64,000 nucleotides of DNA from an uncultured Gammaproteobacteria bacterium (GTDB taxonomy: Bacteria; Patescibacteriota; Microgenomatia; UBA10105; UBA927), in assembly GCA_964573695.1 (NCBI GenBank), contig CAZNKB010000004.1:14214-78213 (forward strand), written 5' to 3'. The translations under genes and the position numbers were made by a program. Positions 9,707 to 18,247 of this stretch are shown in pieces; the stretch's first letter is position 1, and every line of letters begins with the position of its first letter. The notes beneath the pieces are model-generated. The model did not search any database and was not told where the DNA came from. It was given only the letters and a program-made list of their open reading frames with translations.

Positions 9707-10360
9707 ATGGCAGACTCAATCGTACCAATACGCGCGTCAACTCAGATTTTTACCGAAATCGTTGACGTCGATCGTGATCTCGTCCTTTTTGCCGACGGCT
9801 CCGTGTCGCTTGTTATCGCCACAACCGCGGTGAACTTCGGTTTGTTATCCGAAAAAGAACAGGATGCCATAATTTACGCCTACGCCGGACTTCTGAACTC
9901 GCTCTCGTTCCCTATACAGATACTTATACAAACAAAACATAAGGATATTTCCGCATACCTAAAACTATTAGAGGATCAGGAAAAACGGCAGAAAAATCCA
10001 AAACTCACCAAGAGTATTCATGGATACCGCCTGTTCGTGGCTTCCATGGTCAAAGAAAAGGATGTCTTGGACAAAAAATTTTATATCGTGCTGCCTTTTT
10101 CAGCCATAGAACTCGGGGTTTCCTCAACCTTGCTGTTCGGGCCCAAAAAATCTGGGCTGCCATACGAAAAATCGTATATACTCGACAGGGCGCTCACCGT
10201 GTTGTTACCCAAAAAAGATCATCTTATTCGTCTGTTAGCCCGTGTCGGGCTTCACGCGACACAACTTAATTCAAGCGCCTTGGTAAAACTCTTTTTTAGC
10301 ATGTATAACCCTGGTAATCCGCCACCCGACGTCACAATGCTAAATCTTGGAAAGGAATAG
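9707..10360 (+). CDS. Hypothetical cytoplasmic protein (217 aa) immediately upstream of VirB4, with a near-overlap suggesting translational coupling.
   Basis: Clean ORF whose stop lies 3 nt before the VirB4 start. No motifs were recognised. Confidence 0.45.
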   Translation: MADSIVPIRASTQIFTEIVDVDRDLVLFADGSVSLVIATTAVNFGLLSEKEQDAIIYAYAGLLNSLSFPIQILIQTKHKDISAYLKLLEDQEKRQKNPKLTKSIHGYRLFVASMVKEKDVLDKKFYIVLPFSAIELGVSSTLLFGPKKSGLPYEKSYILDRALTVLLPKKDHLIRLLARVGLHATQLNSSALVKLFFSMYNPGNPPPDVTMLNLGKE

Positions 10361-10362
10361 TC

Positions 10363-12294
10363 ATGGCCGAACCTTCTAAACTTACCACATTGTTAAACTC
10401 AATTATGGGCTCGTCCGCCCAGTCAAAAATACACCCGTCAACGCCGTCACAGCAACCTCTTTCTGTAACAGATATCATAGCTCCTCCCGCTATAGAGGTA
10501 GATTTTGACCTTCTCAAAGTCGGTGACTGGTACTACCGGTCTCTCTTCGTGGCCGGATACCCTCGTTTCGTTGCGGCCAACTGGCTGGAACCGCTTGTTT
10601 CGTTTAATCATACCCTTGATATCTCGATGTATGTCTATCCCACCCGAAGCGAAGAGATACTCGAAAACCTGAAGCGCAAAGTAGGAGAAATGGAGGCCAC
10701 CATACAGTCAGACCTAAAGCGCGGCAGGGTTATAGAGCCCTCTGTTCAGGTAGCACTTGAAGACGCCCTCGCTCTCCAGCAGGAGCTTGCAAAAGGCTCA
10801 GAACGGTTTTTCCAGTTCGGGCTCTACGTCACGATTCCGGCAAAAACCAGGGAGGACCTCGATAAAACCACCAAACAAGTGGAGGCAACGCTCGGCTCGC
10901 TTCTTATCGTTACCAAAAAATCGATTCTCCAAATGGAAGAGGGCATGAAAACGACGCTCCCCATGGGCAAGGACAGGGTCCTTGTTACGCGCAACATGGA
11001 TACTACTTCGCTTGCAACAACATTTCCTTTTACCACAAGCGAGCTTACGGCAAACGAAGGGATTCTTTACGGCCTAAACGAGCACAATGATTCGCTTATT
11101 ATTTTCGATCGGTTCACGCTCGAAAATGCCAATTCTGTTGTATTTGGAAAATCAGGAGGGGGGAAGAGTTACATGGTGAAGCTTGAAATCATGCGAAGTC
11201 TCATGTTTGACACTGAGGTAATCGTTATTGATCCGGAAAATGAATATGAAAACCTCACACACACGCTTGGCGGAGAATATATCCGGTTTCGTTTCGGATC
11301 CCAAACCAAACTCAACCCGTTTGATTTGGCGCTTTTAGGGTCCGATCTTGATGACCAAAGCGAACTAAGTCAAAAAGTACTATCTTTGCACGGATTCTTC
11401 CGTGTGGTCATGGGAAAACTTACCCCCACGGAAGACGCGCTCTTAGACCGCGCCCTCATCCTAACCTACAAACAAAAAGGGATTACTCCTGACCCGTCGA
11501 CCCACAAAAAAGAGCCGCCACTCATGGAAGATCTCTACAAAACGCTCGTCGGCATGGAGGAGGTGCTGGCGAAAGGCCTGGCCGACCGTATAGAAAAATT
11601 TGTAAAAGGCAGCTTGGTGGGGATATTTGATCAGCAAACAAATGTGTCGATTAGAAACCAGTTGACCGTGTTCTCGATACGCGACCTTGAAGATGAACTC
11701 CGACCGATCGCTATGTATCTTATCCTCGATTTTATATGGAACAAAATCCGTCATGACAAAAAACGCCGGTTACTCATTGTTGATGAGGCCTGGTATATGA
11801 TGAAGTATCCGGACTCTGCCCAATTTCTCTATGGAATTGCCAAGCGGGCAAGAAAATATTACCTTGGTCTCACCACGATCACCCAAGATGTGGAGGATTT
11901 TATGGCAACGGAAATGGGCAAGGCTATCATCCAAAACAGCAGTATGCAGATACTACTCAAACAGTCTTCTGCGGCTATAGACACGATCGCACAGGTTTTT
12001 TATTTGTCTGAGGGAGAAAAACACCTGCTTCTTGCGGCTGATGTAGGACAGGGGTTATTTTTCGCGGGCCCCGCCCACGCAGCCATGAGGGTAATCGCAA
12101 GTCCGGAAGAGCATGAGGTGGCGACAACCCGACCCCAGGAAACGCTAAAAAATCAAGAGGCGCTCGCCCAACAGTCTCTGGACAAGCCCTTATCAACAAA
12201 CGTCCCTATTATTAAGGAAACGGCCCCCGTGCTTCCCAAATCAAATCGCCCTATATTCACCGTAGAAACGGTACAAAACAGTAAAACCGGGTAA
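10363..12294 (+). CDS. VirB4/TrbE/CagE-family type IV secretion ATPase
   Basis: Walker A motif FGKSGGGKSYMVK, followed by VIVIDPENEYENL and a Walker B motif LLIVDEAWYMM. 643 aa with a large N-terminal domain. Confidence 0.75.
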   Translation: MAEPSKLTTLLNSIMGSSAQSKIHPSTPSQQPLSVTDIIAPPAIEVDFDLLKVGDWYYRSLFVAGYPRFVAANWLEPLVSFNHTLDISMYVYPTRSEEILENLKRKVGEMEATIQSDLKRGRVIEPSVQVALEDALALQQELAKGSERFFQFGLYVTIPAKTREDLDKTTKQVEATLGSLLIVTKKSILQMEEGMKTTLPMGKDRVLVTRNMDTTSLATTFPFTTSELTANEGILYGLNEHNDSLIIFDRFTLENANSVVFGKSGGGKSYMVKLEIMRSLMFDTEVIVIDPENEYENLTHTLGGEYIRFRFGSQTKLNPFDLALLGSDLDDQSELSQKVLSLHGFFRVVMGKLTPTEDALLDRALILTYKQKGITPDPSTHKKEPPLMEDLYKTLVGMEEVLAKGLADRIEKFVKGSLVGIFDQQTNVSIRNQLTVFSIRDLEDELRPIAMYLILDFIWNKIRHDKKRRLLIVDEAWYMMKYPDSAQFLYGIAKRARKYYLGLTTITQDVEDFMATEMGKAIIQNSSMQILLKQSSAAIDTIAQVFYLSEGEKHLLLAADVGQGLFFAGPAHAAMRVIASPEEHEVATTRPQETLKNQEALAQQSLDKPLSTNVPIIKETAPVLPKSNRPIFTVETVQNSKTG

Positions 12295-12299
12295 AACGT

Positions 12300-14483
12300 A
12301 TGGCAAGTGACGCTCAGCCGCTTAAAGAATTTACAGAGAACCTGCTGTCTGACGTTTCTTTGGGAAACATTTCTGTTTATGAGGCCATTGCAGCAGCAAG
12401 TCAGTATGCATACCTTCGGGATCTGATTATTTCAGAAAAAGAAACGCTTGGACAGGCGGAGATCATGGGGGAAAAAGATCTCATCCGGGCATTCGAATCA
12501 ATCGTTTCCCGCGCATCCAAAAAACTTACGGAACTTCCGAATTTTCAAAACCAGTCTCCTGATCAACAACTGCGAGAAGATGACGTTCGGGCGCTTGCGG
12601 AAGTTCGTAAATATGCAGCAACCAGGATAAAGGAAGCCGCGCAAAACAACGTCAGAAACCAAAAGCCAGAGCGGCGCGCTTTTATTCACGATCTTGTTAA
12701 CAAATTCAGTTCAACCGTGCCGACACTTACCGACGAAAAAATTGGGGTTGCGGTTGACCACGCGCTTATCGCCGCAGCAGGAGAAGCCACACAGAAACAG
12801 ACCAGGGAACGTTTTGCCGAACTTCTTATGGCGTCAAGCGAGATATCAATGCCCGAGCTTACACCGCAACAGGCAAACAGTCTAAAAAAAGAAATTGAAA
12901 TGGCAACAAATACGAACGACTCGTATATTTCTGAAGTGACGAAACAGAATAAACGCAACAACCAGCTTGTTACCATGCTCTATGAAAAAACCGATATGCA
13001 GCGTCCGGACGTATTTATCGATATCGTATTAAATGCAAAAGATACCGAGCCCGTATCTTCCTTGTTCTTGCGCGCAGAAAAACTTGCGGAGGTTGCTCAG
13101 TCTCTGGAAAACCATCCCAAGCGGGACGGTGGATCGCTTCAGTTTTTTTCCGCTGGTGGAGCTCGTGGAGTGGCAAAGGGGCTACAACAAGGAGCCGACG
13201 GCGTCCTTTCTCTCGTCGGAGAACCCGTGAGAGAGATGATTATTCACGAAAAAGTCAATGGGACACTCCGGGCAATGCTCTCAAATACACAGCGGTTTGC
13301 CGACCGATTAGGTGAAAATTTCGTGCACAGCGCATTGTTTGCTCACGTTGCCCAGGACTTAACTCGCCAACTCTCGGAAAGACCAACAGGGGGACAGGTA
13401 AGAACTGTGTTTGATGACGTATTTTCCTCCGTATTCCGCGGCCCTTTTAATCCTGCCCTTGCGCGTGGGGCACAAGATCGGTTATTGGACTATTTCGAGC
13501 TTGCTCGGGCAAACGCACAATCTCCAAAAGGCAGGGCGTTTCTTCGTTCAGAAATGCGCCTTTGGGACGCGTTTCGCGTATTTGACCAGCAAAGAGCCGT
13601 CGAGACAACAAGGCGCTCCACCCGCGGCGCTTTCTGGCTCCCCTTTTTTGGATTTCGATCACTTAGCAACTTATTCGGGAACACCGTGGGAACATTGGTC
13701 GACAATACCACTTCGTTTCTATTAACAAACCCTTTTGTTCCACGACAATTATCCCGATCGAGAAGGGCGGCAGCAATTCCTACTCCCATAGGGGAGGATA
13801 TGCCCCTTTTGACTGCGCTTATTGTGGTGGGGGCAGTTGTACTACTTTTTGTCTTCCCGTCTCCACTAAATCTCTCTCAGCTTTCTCATAGTGCAAAAGT
13901 GAGCGCGATATTTGCGTCGCTCAGGCGCTACAAAGAAACTGTGCAAAACATAACAAGCGGCAACATCCAGGCAACAACGTTCGTGTGCACATGGAGCGGA
14001 TCATCTCCTGTTTCCCCTATTAGCACGTGTCCTGTCCGTGCGCCGATTACCCAGGGGCCATTTAGTCCGAGCGGGTCACACAAAACATTAAACGCATATG
14101 ATTTTGGCGCAAGCCAGGGAACCCCCGTCGTAGCCGCCCATGATGCATATGTCGCTTCGTATGTTAACTCGTATGCCCCATACCAGTATAAATACGGAAG
14201 TTATGGCAACAACGTCGTCCTGGTGGCCACTGACCCCTCAAGCAATCAACAATATTGCACGAATTACGCGCATTTATTGGATGTTTCTCCTCAGGTAGCA
14301 GCAAGTTCAGGAAAACCCACGTTGATACCCGCGGGTACGGTTATAGGGTACGTCGACACAACAGGATATACTTATGGGTGTATAGGTAATAAATGTGGCG
14401 AGGGGTATGGCACTCATCTCCACTGGGGGTACAAAGGGCCAAACCAATCAACGCCGTTCCCGCTTCCACCCGGGTGCCCATAA
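12300..14483 (+). CDS. Large protein (727 aa) with a helical N-terminal half, a central transmembrane segment and a C-terminal M23 (LytM-type) metallopeptidase domain. Probable T4SS-associated peptidoglycan hydrolase.
   Basis: The C-terminus reads IPAGTVIGYVDTTGYTYGCIGNKCGEGYGTHLHWGY, which matches the M23 HxH signature. The transmembrane helix is LLTALIVVGAVVLLFVF. The gene follows VirB4 directly. Confidence 0.6.
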   Translation: MASDAQPLKEFTENLLSDVSLGNISVYEAIAAASQYAYLRDLIISEKETLGQAEIMGEKDLIRAFESIVSRASKKLTELPNFQNQSPDQQLREDDVRALAEVRKYAATRIKEAAQNNVRNQKPERRAFIHDLVNKFSSTVPTLTDEKIGVAVDHALIAAAGEATQKQTRERFAELLMASSEISMPELTPQQANSLKKEIEMATNTNDSYISEVTKQNKRNNQLVTMLYEKTDMQRPDVFIDIVLNAKDTEPVSSLFLRAEKLAEVAQSLENHPKRDGGSLQFFSAGGARGVAKGLQQGADGVLSLVGEPVREMIIHEKVNGTLRAMLSNTQRFADRLGENFVHSALFAHVAQDLTRQLSERPTGGQVRTVFDDVFSSVFRGPFNPALARGAQDRLLDYFELARANAQSPKGRAFLRSEMRLWDAFRVFDQQRAVETTRRSTRGAFWLPFFGFRSLSNLFGNTVGTLVDNTTSFLLTNPFVPRQLSRSRRAAAIPTPIGEDMPLLTALIVVGAVVLLFVFPSPLNLSQLSHSAKVSAIFASLRRYKETVQNITSGNIQATTFVCTWSGSSPVSPISTCPVRAPITQGPFSPSGSHKTLNAYDFGASQGTPVVAAHDAYVASYVNSYAPYQYKYGSYGNNVVLVATDPSSNQQYCTNYAHLLDVSPQVAASSGKPTLIPAGTVIGYVDTTGYTYGCIGNKCGEGYGTHLHWGYKGPNQSTPFPLPPGCP

Positions 14484-14485
14484 TT

Positions 14486-15490
14486 ATGAATAGAACACAA
14501 ATCATAATCGTCTTTATTTTTGTTTTTGCATTGCTCACGTCCCTTTGGGTCGTATTCTCTAAAAAACCAAGACAGCAACAGACGCTCCCTCCTCAGCTGT
14601 TTGTAACCCCTGTTCCCATTCGTCCTTCGGCCATGCCTCAGTCAATATCCAATAGCCCGGTCACTTATTTGGGCGAACTGCTCTTCACTGCTCCAAAAAC
14701 TGTCCCGTATTATTCGATAAACAGACGAAGAGACTTTGAAACGGAGCGGGCAAGGCTTTTTGCGTTCTATAACATCGCTGCCCCACCAACAACAATCATC
14801 GGTGCTAGGGGGCGGTACGCAAGCTTCGTTCAGGGTGGAAAATCCGGCACGATATCAGAAAACCCTCTAACGTTTGTTGTTCGCGCTTCGGCAACCTCCA
14901 ACAAGACCATAACAAGCGACGCAAATGCTTACCTCTCGGGGGTTACAGGCGCCCTAACCGAGCTATCCTTGCTCCCCTCGTTGTTCGTCCCAACGATTAC
15001 CTCCCAACGATATTTTAAGTTCGATGAATCACACCCTACGGATTTAAAATCTCCAGAGGGAGCCTTGGTTACTCGGTTGGATCTCACTGCTTCGATTGAG
15101 GGGGCGCCTCTCTTTATTGGTGATGCCGATACCCCTGTCTTTTCCGCTAGCTTTAATGGGGATAATACGTTAGTTGAGCTTCGCAGCTCGATCCTACCTG
15201 ATATTACCCGCGAAAAAAACAGTGTCGAAATAATCTCGTACGACGAGGCGCTTCGTAGGCTCAAATCTAACACAGGAATTTTCTCTAGCGTCTCGCTGAC
15301 AAGCGCCGGTGACAAGGAATTCATGACGGGAGCTCTCCCGGACAACATAAAAATCGAGAGAGTAACGCTCGGATACTATTATTCAAATATCCAGGACTAT
15401 CTTATTCCGGTTTTTGTATTTTCCGGATCCGCTCAAGAACCAGGAGGGCCCGCCGTTCTTCGCACGACAACTGTCGTCTCTGCTTTATGA
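14486..15490 (+). CDS. Hypothetical membrane-anchored extracellular protein (N-terminal signal anchor).
   Basis: The internal Met MNRTQIIIVFIFVFALLTSLWVVF starts at 14486, immediately after the M23 protein stop. The ORF-track start at 14393 would overlap the upstream gene. Confidence 0.45.
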   Translation: MNRTQIIIVFIFVFALLTSLWVVFSKKPRQQQTLPPQLFVTPVPIRPSAMPQSISNSPVTYLGELLFTAPKTVPYYSINRRRDFETERARLFAFYNIAAPPTTIIGARGRYASFVQGGKSGTISENPLTFVVRASATSNKTITSDANAYLSGVTGALTELSLLPSLFVPTITSQRYFKFDESHPTDLKSPEGALVTRLDLTASIEGAPLFIGDADTPVFSASFNGDNTLVELRSSILPDITREKNSVEIISYDEALRRLKSNTGIFSSVSLTSAGDKEFMTGALPDNIKIERVTLGYYYSNIQDYLIPVFVFSGSAQEPGGPAVLRTTTVVSAL

Positions 15491-16591
15491 TGTCACTCGC
15501 ACCGGCATGATGATATGAAGATAAGAATCGTCTTTCGCGGGCTTGAACAAACCGGAGTTAAGAGATCCTGTCATTTCAAAAATAAATTCTTCTTCCTGAT
15601 AATTAGAAAGAAAATCAAGTAGGAACCGACTATTAAACGCGATTTCACCCCCGTCACCGTCTATTTTTGCTTGTAGCTCAATCGAGTTTTTTCCCACTTG
15701 TGCGGCGTTTGCGGAAACCACAATTTTTTGTTTATCAAGGTTTAGCCTAACAATGTTTGCGTTGTCCCTGGCAAAAATCGCGGCAGACCGAACAGCCCGC
15801 AGCAGCCCTTCTTTTTCGATCAGCGCCCTGGTTGTGAATGTTTTTGGGATAATCCGTTCAAAGTTTGGATATTCTCCTTCAAGCAACCTGGTAAGAAGCG
15901 TGGTTTCCCCCACAACGAATCCCACCTGGTTGTCTCCTGCTGGACCCACACGAATATCCTCGCTTGTTTTTTCTTCCCCCGACAACTTCACAACCTCAGC
16001 AAGGGCTTTGGCTGGAATAATCGCCTGAGAAAGATTTTTTGCTGAAAACGCCATTCTGTGAAGCGATAGTCGGTATCCGTCGGTTGCAACAAAAAGCGTT
16101 TTCTCCCCTTCATCAATGACTTTCACGCCTGTAAGCATCGGTCTCCCTTCATCTGTCGCGGCCGCAAACAAAACATTAGAGAGCGTCGAGATGAGCGCGC
16201 TTTTATTTATGCTCCCCGCGTCTTTTAATGAGAGCTGTGGCACGGGAGGAAATTCTGTCGCGGCTATGGTCGGTAACTCTGCCTCAAAGCCCGCGCTTGA
16301 AACAAACAGCCTCTCTTCCTTAACACACAAGTGGATCGTCTCAGGCGGAAGAGTTGCGACAAATTCGAAAAGCACCCTCGCTGAAACACATATTGCCCCC
16401 TCTTTCTCAACCTTGCCTCCCACCCAAACGGTTTCCGTCGTTTCCATGTTTGTTCCGGTGAGTTCTAACCCGTCTTTTGTAGCTGTAAGTCGAATATTCT
16501 GCAATACAGGAAGCTGCGGCTTCGTTGGTACTATCCGCGTGACGTGAGTAAGGGCTTTCTGAAGGTTTTCCTGTAAAAGCTTTATATTCAT
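15485..16591 (-). CDS. dnaN: DNA polymerase III beta sliding clamp
   Basis: 368 aa. N-terminus MNIKLLQENLQKAL. Three-domain clamp architecture. Located immediately downstream of dnaA. Confidence 0.85.
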   Translation of the reverse strand: MNIKLLQENLQKALTHVTRIVPTKPQLPVLQNIRLTATKDGLELTGTNMETTETVWVGGKVEKEGAICVSARVLFEFVATLPPETIHLCVKEERLFVSSAGFEAELPTIAATEFPPVPQLSLKDAGSINKSALISTLSNVLFAAATDEGRPMLTGVKVIDEGEKTLFVATDGYRLSLHRMAFSAKNLSQAIIPAKALAEVVKLSGEEKTSEDIRVGPAGDNQVGFVVGETTLLTRLLEGEYPNFERIIPKTFTTRALIEKEGLLRAVRSAAIFARDNANIVRLNLDKQKIVVSANAAQVGKNSIELQAKIDGDGGEIAFNSRFLLDFLSNYQEEEFIFEMTGSLNSGLFKPAKDDSYLHIIMPVRVTS

Positions 16592-16771
16592 ATAACTTAA
16601 TAAGCAGTAGTAATAAGAATTAGGCGTGGAAAAGTGTATGTTTTTTTGATTTACGTGTCAACGGCAAGACAAAACCATGAATTTGTTTGTGGATAAGTAA
16701 TGCCAAAAGCGGCAAAAACGGTGGAGAAATAAGTGGATAAAAGAGCTCGGTTTGTGGATAAGTGGAAAACA
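16592..16771. promoter_or_regulatory. dnaA-dnaN intergenic region carrying three consensus DnaA boxes (TTATCCACA on the minus strand). Candidate oriC or DnaA-regulatory module.
   Basis: TGTGGATAA at 16688-16696. AGTGGATAA at 16732-16740. TGTGGATAA at 16753-16761. Confidence 0.6.
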
Positions 16772-18139
16772 TCATAAAGCAGAGGCCCATAACTTTTGTT
16801 TTATCCCCGTTACGGCAGAACGCAGCGACTCATTTGTGGACAGTTCTTGGGTAATTGTCTCGACGCCGTGCATAATAGTCGTGTGGTCGCGCCCACCCAA
16901 GGACCCGCCGATGTCGTCGTACGTGAGTCCGAGCTCTGTCTTGGATAAATACATATACACTTGTCTGGGGCGCGCAATCGGGCGATCTCTTTTCGGGCCC
17001 TTAAGCAGTGTCGGTTTAATGTCGAAATACGTTGCAACCGCCTCCAAAAGCTCCTGTGAAGTAACGCGTTTTGCGGTTTTTGTGGGACCCATTGCCGACG
17101 ATTTTGTGTTAAGAAGGGACGAGACAAGCTCCGGTGTAATCGGTTGCGGCTTGGCGGCAAGCTCAGTGGTTAGTCGTCGCAAAAACCCCTCTATTGCTCT
17201 GGCATCCACAACATTTGCTGCGATAATTTGAGCTACGTCGTTGGGCACTGCAAGGCCCAAGGTCTTGGCTTTAATGTTTACAATTGCGGCTCGGAGTTCA
17301 AAGTCGGGCGGAGAGATGTCAACGATGAGCCCGCCCTCAAATCTGCTTCGGAGACGGTCTTCGAGGCGGGCAATTTCGTGTGGCGGCCGGTCGCTCGTCA
17401 ACAACACCTGTCCTCCTTCCCGTAGCACCGCGTTAAACGTATGGAAAAACTCCTCCTGCGCTGTTTGTTTTCCTGCTATAAATTGGACGTCGTCAACCAT
17501 GAGGAGCTCGGCTCCTCGGTATTTTTGTTTAAACTGGCGAGCTGTTTTTGTTTGGATTGCTTCTATTATCTCGTTTAAGAACTCCTCACCCATGCAATAC
17601 ACAACCCGAAGAGACGGCTTTGCAATCAAAAGGGAGTTGGCTATGGCGTACATAAGGTGGGTCTTTCCTACCCCGACCCCACCATAAAGAAACAGCGGAT
17701 TATAAGCATTTGCAATTGTTTTTGAAACCGCGGTTGCTGCTGCGTATGCCAGTTGATTTGTTGTAGAAACGGCGTAATTGTCAAACGTCAAATCAGGATT
17801 GATGTGTAGCTTACGAGCCCGAGAAACAGTGTTGGATTCCCCTTCGAGTACCTGAGCAAACAACGGGCCGGGGCTTCTTTCCTCTGAGTCTTTTTTGGGC
17901 AATACAAGAAAAACGAGGCTGACATTGTTGCCTGTTTTGTGATCAACAATACTTTTGATGAGGCTATAATATCTTGTCTCTGCGAGCGTGCGCATGATAG
18001 GGCTGGGGAATCCAACAGACGCAACGTCCCCGCTTAGGCTGACAAGCTCTGAGTGAGCAAAATGCGTGTGATAGGTGGCTTTAGAAACCGACAACTCAAT
18101 TTCTGCAAGCACCGATTTCCAGAGTCTGTTTAAGTCCAT
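16772..18139 (-). CDS. dnaA: Chromosomal replication initiator protein DnaA
   Basis: Walker A motif GGVGVGKTHLMYAIAN, followed by VDDVQFIAGKQTAQEEFFHTFN and a C-terminal DNA-binding helix-turn-helix. 455 aa. Confidence 0.9.
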   Translation of the reverse strand: MDLNRLWKSVLAEIELSVSKATYHTHFAHSELVSLSGDVASVGFPSPIMRTLAETRYYSLIKSIVDHKTGNNVSLVFLVLPKKDSEERSPGPLFAQVLEGESNTVSRARKLHINPDLTFDNYAVSTTNQLAYAAATAVSKTIANAYNPLFLYGGVGVGKTHLMYAIANSLLIAKPSLRVVYCMGEEFLNEIIEAIQTKTARQFKQKYRGAELLMVDDVQFIAGKQTAQEEFFHTFNAVLREGGQVLLTSDRPPHEIARLEDRLRSRFEGGLIVDISPPDFELRAAIVNIKAKTLGLAVPNDVAQIIAANVVDARAIEGFLRRLTTELAAKPQPITPELVSSLLNTKSSAMGPTKTAKRVTSQELLEAVATYFDIKPTLLKGPKRDRPIARPRQVYMYLSKTELGLTYDDIGGSLGGRDHTTIMHGVETITQELSTNESLRSAVTGIKQKLWASAL

Positions 18140-18247
18140 ATGTGGGGCAAGGAGCAGCGTGTGGATAAGTTGTCCACATAGTAATCACCACGCACTTTTT
18201 TGTCAAGTATCCCAAAGGACCGCGGTTGGCTATGATACACTAAATTC
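18140..18247. promoter_or_regulatory. Region upstream of dnaA with an inverted pair of DnaA boxes. Probable dnaA promoter and/or oriC element.
   Basis: TGTGGATAA at 18160-18168 and TTGTCCACA at 18170-18178 form a near-palindrome, TGTGGATAAgTTGTCCACA. Confidence 0.5.

Noticed and set aside
18181-18247. Sigma-70 promoter TTGTCA...TATGAT upstream of 18248
   Set aside because: The spacer between the hexamers is about 25 nt, too long for a functional -35/-10 pair.
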